From positions 1-39,856 of the forward strand of contig CAZOYD010000028.1 in assembly GCA_964583985.1 (NCBI GenBank): a stretch of 39,856 nt of DNA, read 5' to 3'. The notes beneath the pieces were generated by a model. That model was given only the letters and a program-made list of their open reading frames with translations. It made no database searches and had not been told where the DNA came from. The position numbers and the translations under genes were made by a program. The stretch is from an uncultured archaeon. Lineage in GTDB: Archaea; Asgardarchaeota; Lokiarchaeia; Sigyniarchaeales; SOKP01. Positions 17,634 through 27,032 of the stretch are shown piece after piece (the first letter of the stretch is position 1; the number at the start of each line of letters is the position of its first letter).

Positions 17634-18686
17634 TCACATTACCAATTTGTTTGAGGAATATCTCATTCTTTCTTGAATAATAAATATTAAATCATTCATT
17701 ATTGCAGAAGCAGCTTCGGCACCTCCTGCACCCCTTCCAGATAATACAATTTTACCGGCATTCTTAGTTTCTAATTCAATAATATTTAAAGAATCATTGA
17801 CGTTAAAATAAGAACTTTTATTAACAGGGTGAGGTTTTACAAATAAATGTCCATTTTTCGCAAATGATAATTGTTTGATAACTTGATTATTTAATTTTGC
17901 TAATTCAATATCATATTTATTGATATTTTCAATTCCCTTGATATTTACATCCTTAATAGTTAAGCCATAATCTAACAGTTCATCTGCGAGAATAACTAAT
18001 TTACCAGCAGCGTCGTAACCACTAATATCTAGATTTGGATTAGATTCTGCATAACCCAGATCTTGTGCTTCTTTCAAAGCCTGTTCAAAACGACATCCAT
18101 GATTGAACATTTTGCTGAGGATATAGTTTGAAGTCCCATTTAATATCGCAGTTATTCCGATTATTTTACTACCTTGTAAATTTCTTTTTATCGATAATAT
18201 GGGAACGCAACTTGCTACTGTAGCCTCGTATCTGATTAGCTGCATTCGATCTTGTGCTATTTTTTTAATATTTTTATAATCAAGATAAAGTGGAGCTTTA
18301 TTAGACGTTATAACATCCATCTTATTATTAAGAGCTTTTATAATATGTGATCTTGCTGGTTCTCCATTATCTGGAATTGTGGGAGTAGTTTCAATCATTA
18401 TATTAAGATTTAGTTTATCAATATAATCTAGAGCGCGATATCCAGATTTCCAATTTACAAGAGTCCGAAATTCTTTCCCTAATTTTAATAACCTATCTAA
18501 ATTTATCCCATTTTCGTCTAAAATCGCACCATCATTTTCAAAAATTCCTAAAACTTTAATATCAATCTTAAATCTACTGATAATAATTGGGTTTATCTCA
18601 TTTAATAATTGGAGAAAAGCAGTTCCAACATTTCCTTTACCAATTAATCCGATATTAAAATTCATGTTAAAGAAATTATGGCTCAA
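17634..18686 (-). CDS. hom: Homoserine dehydrogenase
   Basis: GKGNVG Rossmann motif, TSNKAP, YEATV, ILNGTSNYIL, LGYAESNP, DAAGK, GRGAGG. The start may be a downstream ATG. Confidence 0.93.
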   Translation of the reverse strand: MSHNFFNMNFNIGLIGKGNVGTAFLQLLNEINPIIISRFKIDIKVLGIFENDGAILDENGINLDRLLKLGKEFRTLVNWKSGYRALDYIDKLNLNIMIETTPTIPDNGEPARSHIIKALNNKMDVITSNKAPLYLDYKNIKKIAQDRMQLIRYEATVASCVPILSIKRNLQGSKIIGITAILNGTSNYILSKMFNHGCRFEQALKEAQDLGYAESNPNLDISGYDAAGKLVILADELLDYGLTIKDVNIKGIENINKYDIELAKLNNQVIKQLSFAKNGHLFVKPHPVNKSSYFNVNDSLNIIELETKNAGKIVLSGRGAGGAEAASAIMNDLIFIIQERMRYSSNKLVM

Positions 18687-18797
18687 TTCGAGTTCTGGAT
18701 AAATATCAGAAGATACCTTATATTTTTTTCTTATGAATTTTTTGATATCTCCAAAAAGACGACAATCTAGTTAGGTGTTATGGATCAATATTAAAAT

Positions 18798-19502
18798 CTA
18801 TATCCCCGAGGGAGGATTATAACGTAAAAACTCGGGAATTCGCTCACCACATTCAGGACAAAAAGTTAACCCTTCATCGATGGTTTTACGGCATTTTGGA
18901 CAATTTATTTTTCCAGCAATTGTTGATACTACATGTTCATATCCATCTGGTTTAGTAGCTTCCTTTTTTATTCCTATTTTCACTCCTTTAGATTTTTTAA
19001 ATAAGATAACTAATGAAAGGATAATTATTATTGCAAGGAAGGAGAATAGTGGAATTACTCCTAAACCATATATAATTTCAAAATTTTCATTGTAAGAAAA
19101 TGCTCCTGTGATATTAAGAGAAAATTGATAAATTCCAGGTAATGTAGTTATCAATGGAATTAGTTGCAAATAAAAGATTTGAGATAAGTTATTTCCAGTT
19201 AATGATAATGAATGATTTTCAATACTAAAAAATTGAGGTCCTATAGATTCGCTAAAAAAGCATTGAATTTGTCCAGTTTGGTTCACACTAATATTTAATT
19301 GAAGTTGAGGATAAAGCCAAACCAAGGAAGGTAAGAATGTATCGATTGTAAAATTATGAAAACCTTGAGAAGAATGTATTATTGTTTGTTCTTCTTGTGA
19401 TGAAGAGTAATTTGAGCTTCTCATAAATTGAAAGGATGGTAATGAAATAAAAGAAATAATAAATAGAACACTGAGAAAGATATTTTGCGTGTACCGAGCC
19501 AT
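18798..19502 (-). CDS. Membrane protein with extracellular beta domain, TM helix and cytoplasmic zinc ribbon
   Basis: Signal peptide, TM VIPLFSFLAIIIILSLVILF, then CPKC...CPECG. Confidence 0.75.
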   Translation of the reverse strand: MARYTQNIFLSVLFIISFISLPSFQFMRSSNYSSSQEEQTIIHSSQGFHNFTIDTFLPSLVWLYPQLQLNISVNQTGQIQCFFSESIGPQFFSIENHSLSLTGNNLSQIFYLQLIPLITTLPGIYQFSLNITGAFSYNENFEIIYGLGVIPLFSFLAIIIILSLVILFKKSKGVKIGIKKEATKPDGYEHVVSTIAGKINCPKCRKTIDEGLTFCPECGERIPEFLRYNPPSGI

Positions 19503-19531
19503 GATGATTTCCCTATCTGATTTATAAGATA

Positions 19532-20491
19532 CTAAAATTTGATTACATCAAGTGATTTCTTTCCATCACTTATTTTCAATAAATGCTCATCCTTAATAAT
19601 TTTTCCAATGATGGTAGCGGTTAAATTATGTTTATCAAAGATCGTGAGGATCTCTTTGCTGTTATCTTCTGGAGCAGTTAATATATATGAGGTGGTTAGA
19701 TACATTTTAATAAATTTTTCCAGATCATAACCATTTTTAGTTAAAAATGGTGGGATTGTTATTTGATTTATGTTAATTATAGCTCCAAGATTAGAATATT
19801 TGATAAGTTGTAATATAGTTCCAAATATTCCCGCATTGGAGATATCTTTAGCAGAATTAGCTAAATGTTTTTGTGCAATTATGTTCATTGATTTTCTTCT
19901 GAATAAAACCTCTTCAGATTGTTTAAATGTAACGGTATCCCAATAATATTTACCCACGTCCGGGATTTTACCCTTAAAATCTACTGCTAATATGATATCA
20001 TCTTCGTATTTCGCGTTTTTCGCTGATAAATAATCACTTTTTTTTATTTCACCAATCATTGTGGAACTGAGTTCATTGTAACTACTATTTGGGTTAGTAT
20101 GCCCTCGCACGATAGGAACGCGAAATTTTTGAGAACCCACCAAGGCTCCTTTAAATATTTTTTCACCGATGTGCTTATTTGTAAAAGACACTATCAAACT
20201 TGCTGCCAAGGGAGTTCCCCCACAACAATAAATATCATCTATCCCTACCAATATTGAGCTAAATCCCGCTCCAAATGGATTTTTTAAAATATACTCCGTT
20301 TTTATCCTATCTGTAGTCATTAGGATTAAATTTTCATCATTTAGAATAGATGCTGAATCTTCTCCTATATCTGAAAGGATTCTTTTGCTCTTGTATGATT
20401 CAGATTGAATTAATTGAATAAATGGATTGATCTCTCTTTTTTCAATAATATTTTTATTTTCTATAATTGCTGTGGCAATTTTTTTTAGCAT
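19532..20491 (-). CDS. AIR-synthase (PurM/ThiL/SelD superfamily)-related protein, sll0787/methanogenesis-marker-2-like
   Basis: IGEDSA, DDIYCCGGTP, RGHT, AKDISNAGIFGT. Confidence 0.8.
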   Translation of the reverse strand: MLKKIATAIIENKNIIEKREINPFIQLIQSESYKSKRILSDIGEDSASILNDENLILMTTDRIKTEYILKNPFGAGFSSILVGIDDIYCCGGTPLAASLIVSFTNKHIGEKIFKGALVGSQKFRVPIVRGHTNPNSSYNELSSTMIGEIKKSDYLSAKNAKYEDDIILAVDFKGKIPDVGKYYWDTVTFKQSEEVLFRRKSMNIIAQKHLANSAKDISNAGIFGTILQLIKYSNLGAIININQITIPPFLTKNGYDLEKFIKMYLTTSYILTAPEDNSKEILTIFDKHNLTATIIGKIIKDEHLLKISDGKKSLDVIKF

Positions 20492-20577
20492 TATATAAAT
20501 CGAGTATAAAATTTAATATGTATTATTGAATCCTATTAATATATCTGATAACAAAACTTATAATTAAGCTTTAGGTA

Positions 20578-22071
20578 ATGGAAGAATTAATAAAGTCCTC
20601 AATTTTTAATGGATTAGTATTCGCAGTCTATGATAAATTTGGTCCACAACCCATTTACATGTTTCCTAATCCTATTAGGAGAACTTTTCAAGATGATGTA
20701 AATCATGAATCTCAAAAAGATTTACTTGAATTAACAATGAGAGATTATACTCAAATATCAATAAAAAATCTCTCTCTCTTGATAGGGGATGGTTCTATTT
20801 TTGAGAATCCTAAAATACAGGAATTTAAACATCATGCAATCATTCCATTTCCTGATTTTCACTCTACATCTTTAACATATTTCCATTTCGTTGAAATCGA
20901 ACAATCTGAAAAACCCATAGCTACAGCATTTTCCCTATTAATAGATGAAAATCGTAGAAGCTTTCTGTATAATAATATGGATCGTTTACAACATATAATT
21001 ATAGATTTTTTTTTGAAATTTGATAAAGAATTATTTGGTAATTTAAAAACTCAAGAAGAAGTAGAATCTTTCTTTGAATCCCTTTTAAACCAAATGATGG
21101 AAATACAACAATCACCCTCTACCTCATTTTCAGCTCAAAGAAAAATGAAGATTTTATTTTCTGGATTGGATGATTCTGGGAAATCTTCCTTTCTTCTTTC
21201 CGTTGATAGAAAATATTCGAAATTAATTGGGGTAAAACCTTCTTTAGGAGCAAAAGTTAGTTCAATTGAAGCATTGGGGGCAACAATTTTTTTATGGGAT
21301 CTCGGAGGGCAACTCAGTCTGAGACAAAAGTACTTGAATAAAGCTCATATATATCTTTACGAAGCAGACCTTTTATTTTATTTCATTGACGTCAGAAATC
21401 AGAAGAGGTTCAAAGAGAGTTTGGAATATTTAAAAAATATTAAAGATGTATTGGCTAAATTTGAACAAAAGACTCCGATTATCTATGTTTTCTCAAAATC
21501 AGATCCCGATATTTTAAATTCAAGGAAAATTCAAAATAATATCAGTACTCTTACAAAAGCTATTGTTTCGGAGGGAAAAGCAGAAATATTTTTGACTAGT
21601 ATATTTGATCCATTCTCAATTTTAAGAGCTTTTAGTTCTGGCATCGCGAAATTAAGCCCAAATCGTGATTTAATAGAACATAATCTCAACCTCTTTTTAA
21701 AAGATACTAAAATATATTTAGCTTTATTGATGAGTGGCGATGGGTTAATTATTGCAGAAGTTTATACACCTAAAGCATCTAAAATCACTAAAATAAATGA
21801 ACCTCAAGAACTTTTAAACGTATTTGAACTCACTGGACCACAATTTGCCATCCTCTTTAAAATTTTCTCAAAATATAGATCTATTCCTCAGAATGAAGCT
21901 ATTTTTAAAGTAGCAAACTCTGTAATTTTGGTTAGAAAGGTAAAAATTTCAAATTTTGAAATGTTCATTTTATTGTTAGTGGATGATGAATCCGAAAAAG
22001 AAAATATCAATCTTAAATTACCGAAATTCATCGAAATTACAGCAGATTTGTTATTAACTTATATTTCTTAG
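20578..22071 (+). CDS. uDENN/longin - Arf/Rag-like small GTPase - roadblock fusion protein (paralogue of 8550..9962)
   Basis: VFAVYDKFGPQP; IIPFPD; G1 GLDDSGKS, G2 PS, G3 WDLGGQ, G4 SKSD, G5 TSIFD; shares LSPNR(D/E)L and the roadblock tail with the paralogue. Confidence 0.85.
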   Translation: MEELIKSSIFNGLVFAVYDKFGPQPIYMFPNPIRRTFQDDVNHESQKDLLELTMRDYTQISIKNLSLLIGDGSIFENPKIQEFKHHAIIPFPDFHSTSLTYFHFVEIEQSEKPIATAFSLLIDENRRSFLYNNMDRLQHIIIDFFLKFDKELFGNLKTQEEVESFFESLLNQMMEIQQSPSTSFSAQRKMKILFSGLDDSGKSSFLLSVDRKYSKLIGVKPSLGAKVSSIEALGATIFLWDLGGQLSLRQKYLNKAHIYLYEADLLFYFIDVRNQKRFKESLEYLKNIKDVLAKFEQKTPIIYVFSKSDPDILNSRKIQNNISTLTKAIVSEGKAEIFLTSIFDPFSILRAFSSGIAKLSPNRDLIEHNLNLFLKDTKIYLALLMSGDGLIIAEVYTPKASKITKINEPQELLNVFELTGPQFAILFKIFSKYRSIPQNEAIFKVANSVILVRKVKISNFEMFILLLVDDESEKENINLKLPKFIEITADLLLTYIS

Positions 22072-22970
22072 AAAATTTTTGTTAAAGGTGTCTTTTCAGA
22101 GATTTTTTTCCTTAGAATTCTTTTTCTATAATATGAATTAATTCCGGCAATTAAGGAGATTGCAGGAACCACACATTTGGCGAATTTTATGGGGCCAAAT
22201 AGCACAAAATCACTTCCTGCATTAACACAATAACCCATCTGAGCTGCAATTGCACCACATCGAGAAATTTCCCCAAATTTTTTCCCAAAACGCCAACCAT
22301 AAATTGCGTTGGCTGGGGCGAATCCTACAGGATAACCTAATTCTTTTTTTACCATTCCAACAGTTTCAATATTAATTCCAATAGAAGGTAAATCTAATAC
22401 TGCGGTATCAATAATTATATTCTTAATATTTGCTTTTTGAGCTTTTGGAATTAAAACGTTTTTTAAAAAATCTAATTTTTGCTTAGGAAAAATGCTCGTT
22501 GAACCAAAAGTTAATAGAACTGCGTATTTTACTCCAATTTCTTTGAGTTTTTCTAACGTAGTGTCACTAGTGGAATCATCGATGCTATTGAGGATTGCCC
22601 TATCTAACAAACCTATTTCTTTTAATTGTTCCATAGCAGGAATGCGGGAGTTATCATTTAATCCATCTACCAAGAAAGGAAAATCGACTTTATCAGCAAT
22701 AAATTCACATTCCTTAACGAGAGCTTCTGTATATCCTCCCACAACATCAATGATTCCTTGCATGTTTGTTTCATCGATAATCTCGCAATATTCGTTCAAT
22801 TCTTTTTCAGCAAGATTTTTATCGATTTGGCCCGTTTTCTCATCTAATAACGCCGCGTGGTTAGCATAAAATACCGTGCCAATCATAACGGGAGGATTCT
22901 CTCCTGGCTGACCACCTAATTTAACGGCTCCAATTTCTACTACTACTTGTTCTTTTTCAAAGTTTAGCAT
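22068..22970 (-). CDS. MtrH-like (tetrahydromethanopterin/tetrahydrofolate-corrinoid) methyltransferase
   Basis: FEKEQVVVEIGAVKLGGQPGENPPVMIGTVFY, ILNSI, DTAVLD, GFAPAN, DFVLFGPI. No other mtr subunits are adjacent. Confidence 0.88.
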   Translation of the reverse strand: MLNFEKEQVVVEIGAVKLGGQPGENPPVMIGTVFYANHAALLDEKTGQIDKNLAEKELNEYCEIIDETNMQGIIDVVGGYTEALVKECEFIADKVDFPFLVDGLNDNSRIPAMEQLKEIGLLDRAILNSIDDSTSDTTLEKLKEIGVKYAVLLTFGSTSIFPKQKLDFLKNVLIPKAQKANIKNIIIDTAVLDLPSIGINIETVGMVKKELGYPVGFAPANAIYGWRFGKKFGEISRCGAIAAQMGYCVNAGSDFVLFGPIKFAKCVVPAISLIAGINSYYRKRILRKKISEKTPLTKIF

Positions 22971-23008
22971 GATTATGTATATTAAAAGAATACAATCTTT
23001 TTATTTTT

Positions 23009-24070
23009 TTAATTTTTATTCACAGATTCAATGTTCTTTTTCTTTAAGGATTTAAATTTCTTGTTAATTAGCGTTCCAGCATAAATAATACTAATAATGA
23101 ATTCAGGAATCCATTTATGAAGTAATAAAATTATAATAGCTGCTATAAACGAACTTGCAGCACTAATAGAAACGTGAATGCTATCCCATGGATATCCTAT
23201 ATAATAGAGATAAATCTGAATTATCATTCGTATGATATTAACAACATAAAATATTGCTGCAGACACAATAAGAGATTTAGTTTTACGCCACACTATGTCC
23301 TTTGTGGTCCGAGGATCCTTTGAATGTGGAATAAATATCAATAGCCCCGCAAATACACAAATTGCTTGAACTCCTGTACAAAAAGTTTCAAAATATATGT
23401 TAGATTGACCTGGAACACCAAAACTCCAATGAAAATTTCCAATTGGTAAATAATTGGCCGTTGCTCCCATGTTAAAAAATAAGTTTAAAAAAAATACGGT
23501 TTGCTTAATCACGAGTTCGTGAAGCCAGTAATTCGCTTCATTATCAAAAAATAGATATATCAGATAGGCTGATAGTGGTGTTCCAATTGCAAATAATATT
23601 AATGAAAAATTCGAAAATACATATTTCTTATTCTCAAATTCGATTACAGGACGGGTATAAATTGGTTCAACAATTATTTCATCACCTTTGCGACTATCTT
23701 TATCAAATTTATCGACAATAATAACATTTAAAAGAACCAGTAAAGGGATCATAACAACTCCAAAATTATTTCTACTTAAGGATTCCATCAGTGGAATTGT
23801 GAATCCGATGGAATAAGCAAATGAGAGGTTTAACCCGCTGATAAATATCATATTGAATCCCTTGCGAGATAAAGCTTTAATATTTGTAAATTTAAACAAG
23901 ATTATTTCTTGGATCAATAAAAAGCTTATTGAAAGCATAGAAAAAAGCAATATCATACTTATATCATTGAAAGGGGTCAATCGCCCGAAGAAAAATACGC
24001 ATACTAATAAGACTGACAAAACCAAACTGATGAAATACTTATTTCTTAGCATAGATTTGATGTTAATCAC
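23009..24070 (-). CDS. Archaeosortase/exosortase-family transpeptidase with extra N-terminal TM helices
   Basis: Polytopic membrane protein with Cys-Arg-His triad motifs FETFCTG, VVNIIR and SIHVSI. Confidence 0.82.
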   Translation of the reverse strand: MINIKSMLRNKYFISLVLSVLLVCVFFFGRLTPFNDISMILLFSMLSISFLLIQEIILFKFTNIKALSRKGFNMIFISGLNLSFAYSIGFTIPLMESLSRNNFGVVMIPLLVLLNVIIVDKFDKDSRKGDEIIVEPIYTRPVIEFENKKYVFSNFSLILFAIGTPLSAYLIYLFFDNEANYWLHELVIKQTVFFLNLFFNMGATANYLPIGNFHWSFGVPGQSNIYFETFCTGVQAICVFAGLLIFIPHSKDPRTTKDIVWRKTKSLIVSAAIFYVVNIIRMIIQIYLYYIGYPWDSIHVSISAASSFIAAIIILLLHKWIPEFIISIIYAGTLINKKFKSLKKKNIESVNKN

Positions 24071-24122
24071 CGTGATTATTTTGTAAAATTTGAAATGGTT
24101 AAAATATATTAAGGTTTTCTAC

Positions 24123-25358
24123 TTAGTCAAGAGATTGTTCTATTGCATTTAACAGAAACTCGCCCTTTTCTTGTATTTCTTCTCTTGTGCTGGTAACATG
24201 TATTCCATAAGCAGAACCAAGTCCCGCATCAGAAACGCCAACACTTATATTTATCGCTCTATTGAGTAATTCATCAGTTTGAGGTAGCATTCCTTTCTTA
24301 TATTCAATTTCGGAATTATAATACGGGCATGTGAAGGGACATCCCTCGTCAGTGACCGTCATTTTTTGTAGAAAATGCTCCATATTATTATAAACATGCC
24401 AACCCGATTTTGAAATTGTCGTGGTTTCAAGTTTGTTAGCTAATTTTTCAGCAGATTCTGCGGTAGGCATGAAAAATGTCAATAGAGTTCCAACATCTCC
24501 ATATTTATCTAAAATATGGCGAAATTCGATTTCTTTGTTTGTTGAGATTATAGATTTCAAAATATGTTTATTTTCTTTCAATTTATTTCTAATATAATCT
24601 AATTTCTTTAATTGAGCTTGAGCAACTGCAGCAGTCAATTCGTTCATCCTAAAATTCAAACCAAGAACAGATCGTTTTCCCTGTTCAACACCTTGACGTA
24701 AAGGTAAATGTCCTTGATCGTGAATTGCAAATGCTCGCTTATAGAGATCCTCATCATCGGTTACAACCATCCCCCCATCTCCTGCAGAAATAGTTTTATA
24801 CACATTCAAGCTAAAAGCGCCCATTTGACCAAACGTACCTACAGATTTATTCTCATATTTAGCGCCCATACTCTGAGCACAATCTTCAAGTAATAACAGA
24901 TTATTGTTCTCTGCAATCTTAACCATCTCATTTAAATGACCGGGATTTCCAAGCATGTGAACTAACATTATTGCTTTTGTTTTGGGTGTTATTTTTTTTA
25001 TAACGTCTTGAGGATCCAAAGTTAAAGTCTTATCCACCTCTGCAAGAATTGGAATAGCTCTTGAAAAAATAATAGAGGTGATACTTGCAATAAAAGTATA
25101 TCCCGGGACGATGACTTCATTTCCCGGACCTATTCCTAAAGACCACAAGGCAGTTAATAATGCTGTAGTTCCAGAAGTAACTGCTAAGCCGTATTTTGAA
25201 CCTATCTTATTCGCAAACTCTCTTTCTAAATTCCACACCTTAGCTTTAAATCGTGGATTAGAAAGATCGCCATATCTAAATAAATAACCTGCTTCAATAA
25301 CTTCCATGAGAGCTTTTTTCTCTTCTTCACCAATTAAATCCATACCAGGACCGGGCAA
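24123..25358 (-). CDS. DegT/DnrJ/EryC1/StrS-family PLP-dependent sugar aminotransferase
   Basis: TSGTTAL, GPGNEVIVPGYTF, EDCAQ, FSLNVYKTISAGDGG, NFRMNE. Confidence 0.93.
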   Translation of the reverse strand: MPGPGMDLIGEEEKKALMEVIEAGYLFRYGDLSNPRFKAKVWNLEREFANKIGSKYGLAVTSGTTALLTALWSLGIGPGNEVIVPGYTFIASITSIIFSRAIPILAEVDKTLTLDPQDVIKKITPKTKAIMLVHMLGNPGHLNEMVKIAENNNLLLLEDCAQSMGAKYENKSVGTFGQMGAFSLNVYKTISAGDGGMVVTDDEDLYKRAFAIHDQGHLPLRQGVEQGKRSVLGLNFRMNELTAAVAQAQLKKLDYIRNKLKENKHILKSIISTNKEIEFRHILDKYGDVGTLLTFFMPTAESAEKLANKLETTTISKSGWHVYNNMEHFLQKMTVTDEGCPFTCPYYNSEIEYKKGMLPQTDELLNRAINISVGVSDAGLGSAYGIHVTSTREEIQEKGEFLLNAIEQSLD

Positions 25359-25682
25359 AAAATCACAACCTTATAATATTTTTTATGTGAGATCAATAAT
25401 TAAAAGAAATTTTAATAGTTTTCAAATCAAAAAAAATTCTATCCTCTAAAACAGATTATTTAATATTATTAGAATAAAACAATGTTAAGGTTTTAGAATT
25501 GAGGGGAATTTCAGTTTTTTATATTATTTATAATTGAATCTAATCCTTTGAAATTTTTGTTAGGACGGATATCATCTCATCAAGAAAGCTATTGTAGTCA
25601 ATGATCCTTTATAATTCTACTTGGATCGTCAAATCCAGCTTTGGATTCGCTCACTTCAGAGGTCAATTAATACTTTAATTGT

Positions 25683-26831
25683 TTATTGCTCAAGTATCCA
25701 GCTTACGTCATATCTAGGCAATTGGGAGTGGTGTTTCTCATCATTCTCTCGTTTCTCTTCTGCTGTCAGTACAGAAAAGTGTCCTTTTATGCCCAGTGCT
25801 TCACAACCTATTTCCCAATTCGCACACCAAATACCCAGCGCTACAGGTGCGTAAAAGTGTGATTCTATATTCTGATAAAAATCAAATCTCACCAGACGAG
25901 ATTCGTCTTCATTGCTATTTTCTTGCTTTTCACCATTTCGATCGAGTACGCCTATACAACGTGTTGTTTGTGAATTGAACGAAGATGGTGCCCATTGACA
26001 TATTTCATAACATCGTCCAAAGCGTTTGAACGGCTTTATGCTTACATTCAAAGGTTCCTTAAATTGGGAATCACTAAAAAAAAGCGAACTCAATGGTATG
26101 CGACGATGAAAGAGGAAATTTATGAAACGGACTAACAAGGGGATATAATTGGATTTATACCCCACAGCACAAACACAAATGATATGATCCTCCGTTGGAT
26201 TGTAATGATCACCTAAGTGTGAGATAATACTCTTATGATCTGCACCCGGTCCGATCCAACAAGTAGCCAAGCCCATAAGTGTTGCATGCATAACGATTTT
26301 CTGTAGGCATCGACCCACATCGATAACAGCAAGACGAGAATACTCACTCGGAGCTATTGCTACGAGGAACTCTTGAGCTCCTACTACTGGCCAAACCGTA
26401 AGAGATGCATCGACATATTCAATACGAATGGGATGTTTGCCTATCAAGGCACAATTGGGTAATCCACTTGATGATTGTACATATTCTATTAGCTCACTAT
26501 GATGTTCGAGTGTTATTTTTCGATTTTGGAATGATCGACAAGAGCGTCTTAATCGCATCAAATCAAATATATTCATTTCATCATTGCGTTTATGAGGAAG
26601 GGATTCCTTTGGATGTAATTTTAGTTTCACAGTACAAATATCAAATACAGATATCGCTAATAAAAGTAATCCTATAAAAAAAGGAAAATATGCCACTACT
26701 TTGGGTCCTAATAACCAAAATAATGTAGCGATAATCAGAAATATTGATGCTAATATTAGTGTTGGTATGTATTGAAGCCAACCGGTGAATTGAAGACGAA
26801 CCTTAACACGTTTCAAAAAAGAAAATGCCAT
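25683..26831 (-). CDS. Membrane-anchored nitroreductase-family flavoprotein
   Basis: Two N-terminal TMs; RRSCRSF, ATLMGLATCWIG, WAPSSFNSQ. Confidence 0.85.
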   Translation of the reverse strand: MAFSFLKRVKVRLQFTGWLQYIPTLILASIFLIIATLFWLLGPKVVAYFPFFIGLLLLAISVFDICTVKLKLHPKESLPHKRNDEMNIFDLMRLRRSCRSFQNRKITLEHHSELIEYVQSSSGLPNCALIGKHPIRIEYVDASLTVWPVVGAQEFLVAIAPSEYSRLAVIDVGRCLQKIVMHATLMGLATCWIGPGADHKSIISHLGDHYNPTEDHIICVCAVGYKSNYIPLLVRFINFLFHRRIPLSSLFFSDSQFKEPLNVSIKPFKRFGRCYEICQWAPSSFNSQTTRCIGVLDRNGEKQENSNEDESRLVRFDFYQNIESHFYAPVALGIWCANWEIGCEALGIKGHFSVLTAEEKRENDEKHHSQLPRYDVSWILEQ

Positions 26832-27032
26832 TATATCAATTAATTAACTTACAGATTAAAAACTTTTTCAGTCTCAATCATATATATTATAGCTTGCTTT
26901 TCGTCCTCACCTGTTAAATCTATTATGGATCTTGGTATAAATTTTCACTTAAAACATAATTCATTAATATTTCTAAACTCCCATATTACGAATTGTTAAA
27001 AGATTTTTATTATTTAGAAGATATTCATCATT

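Noticed and set aside
19532-20491. Selenophosphate synthetase SelD
   Set aside because: It lacks the N-terminal Cys/Sec-x-x-Lys loop and fits the sll0787/marker-2-like branch better.
22068-22970. Evidence of methanogenesis
   Set aside because: Only an isolated MtrH-like gene is present; there are no mcr or membrane mtr subunits in the window.
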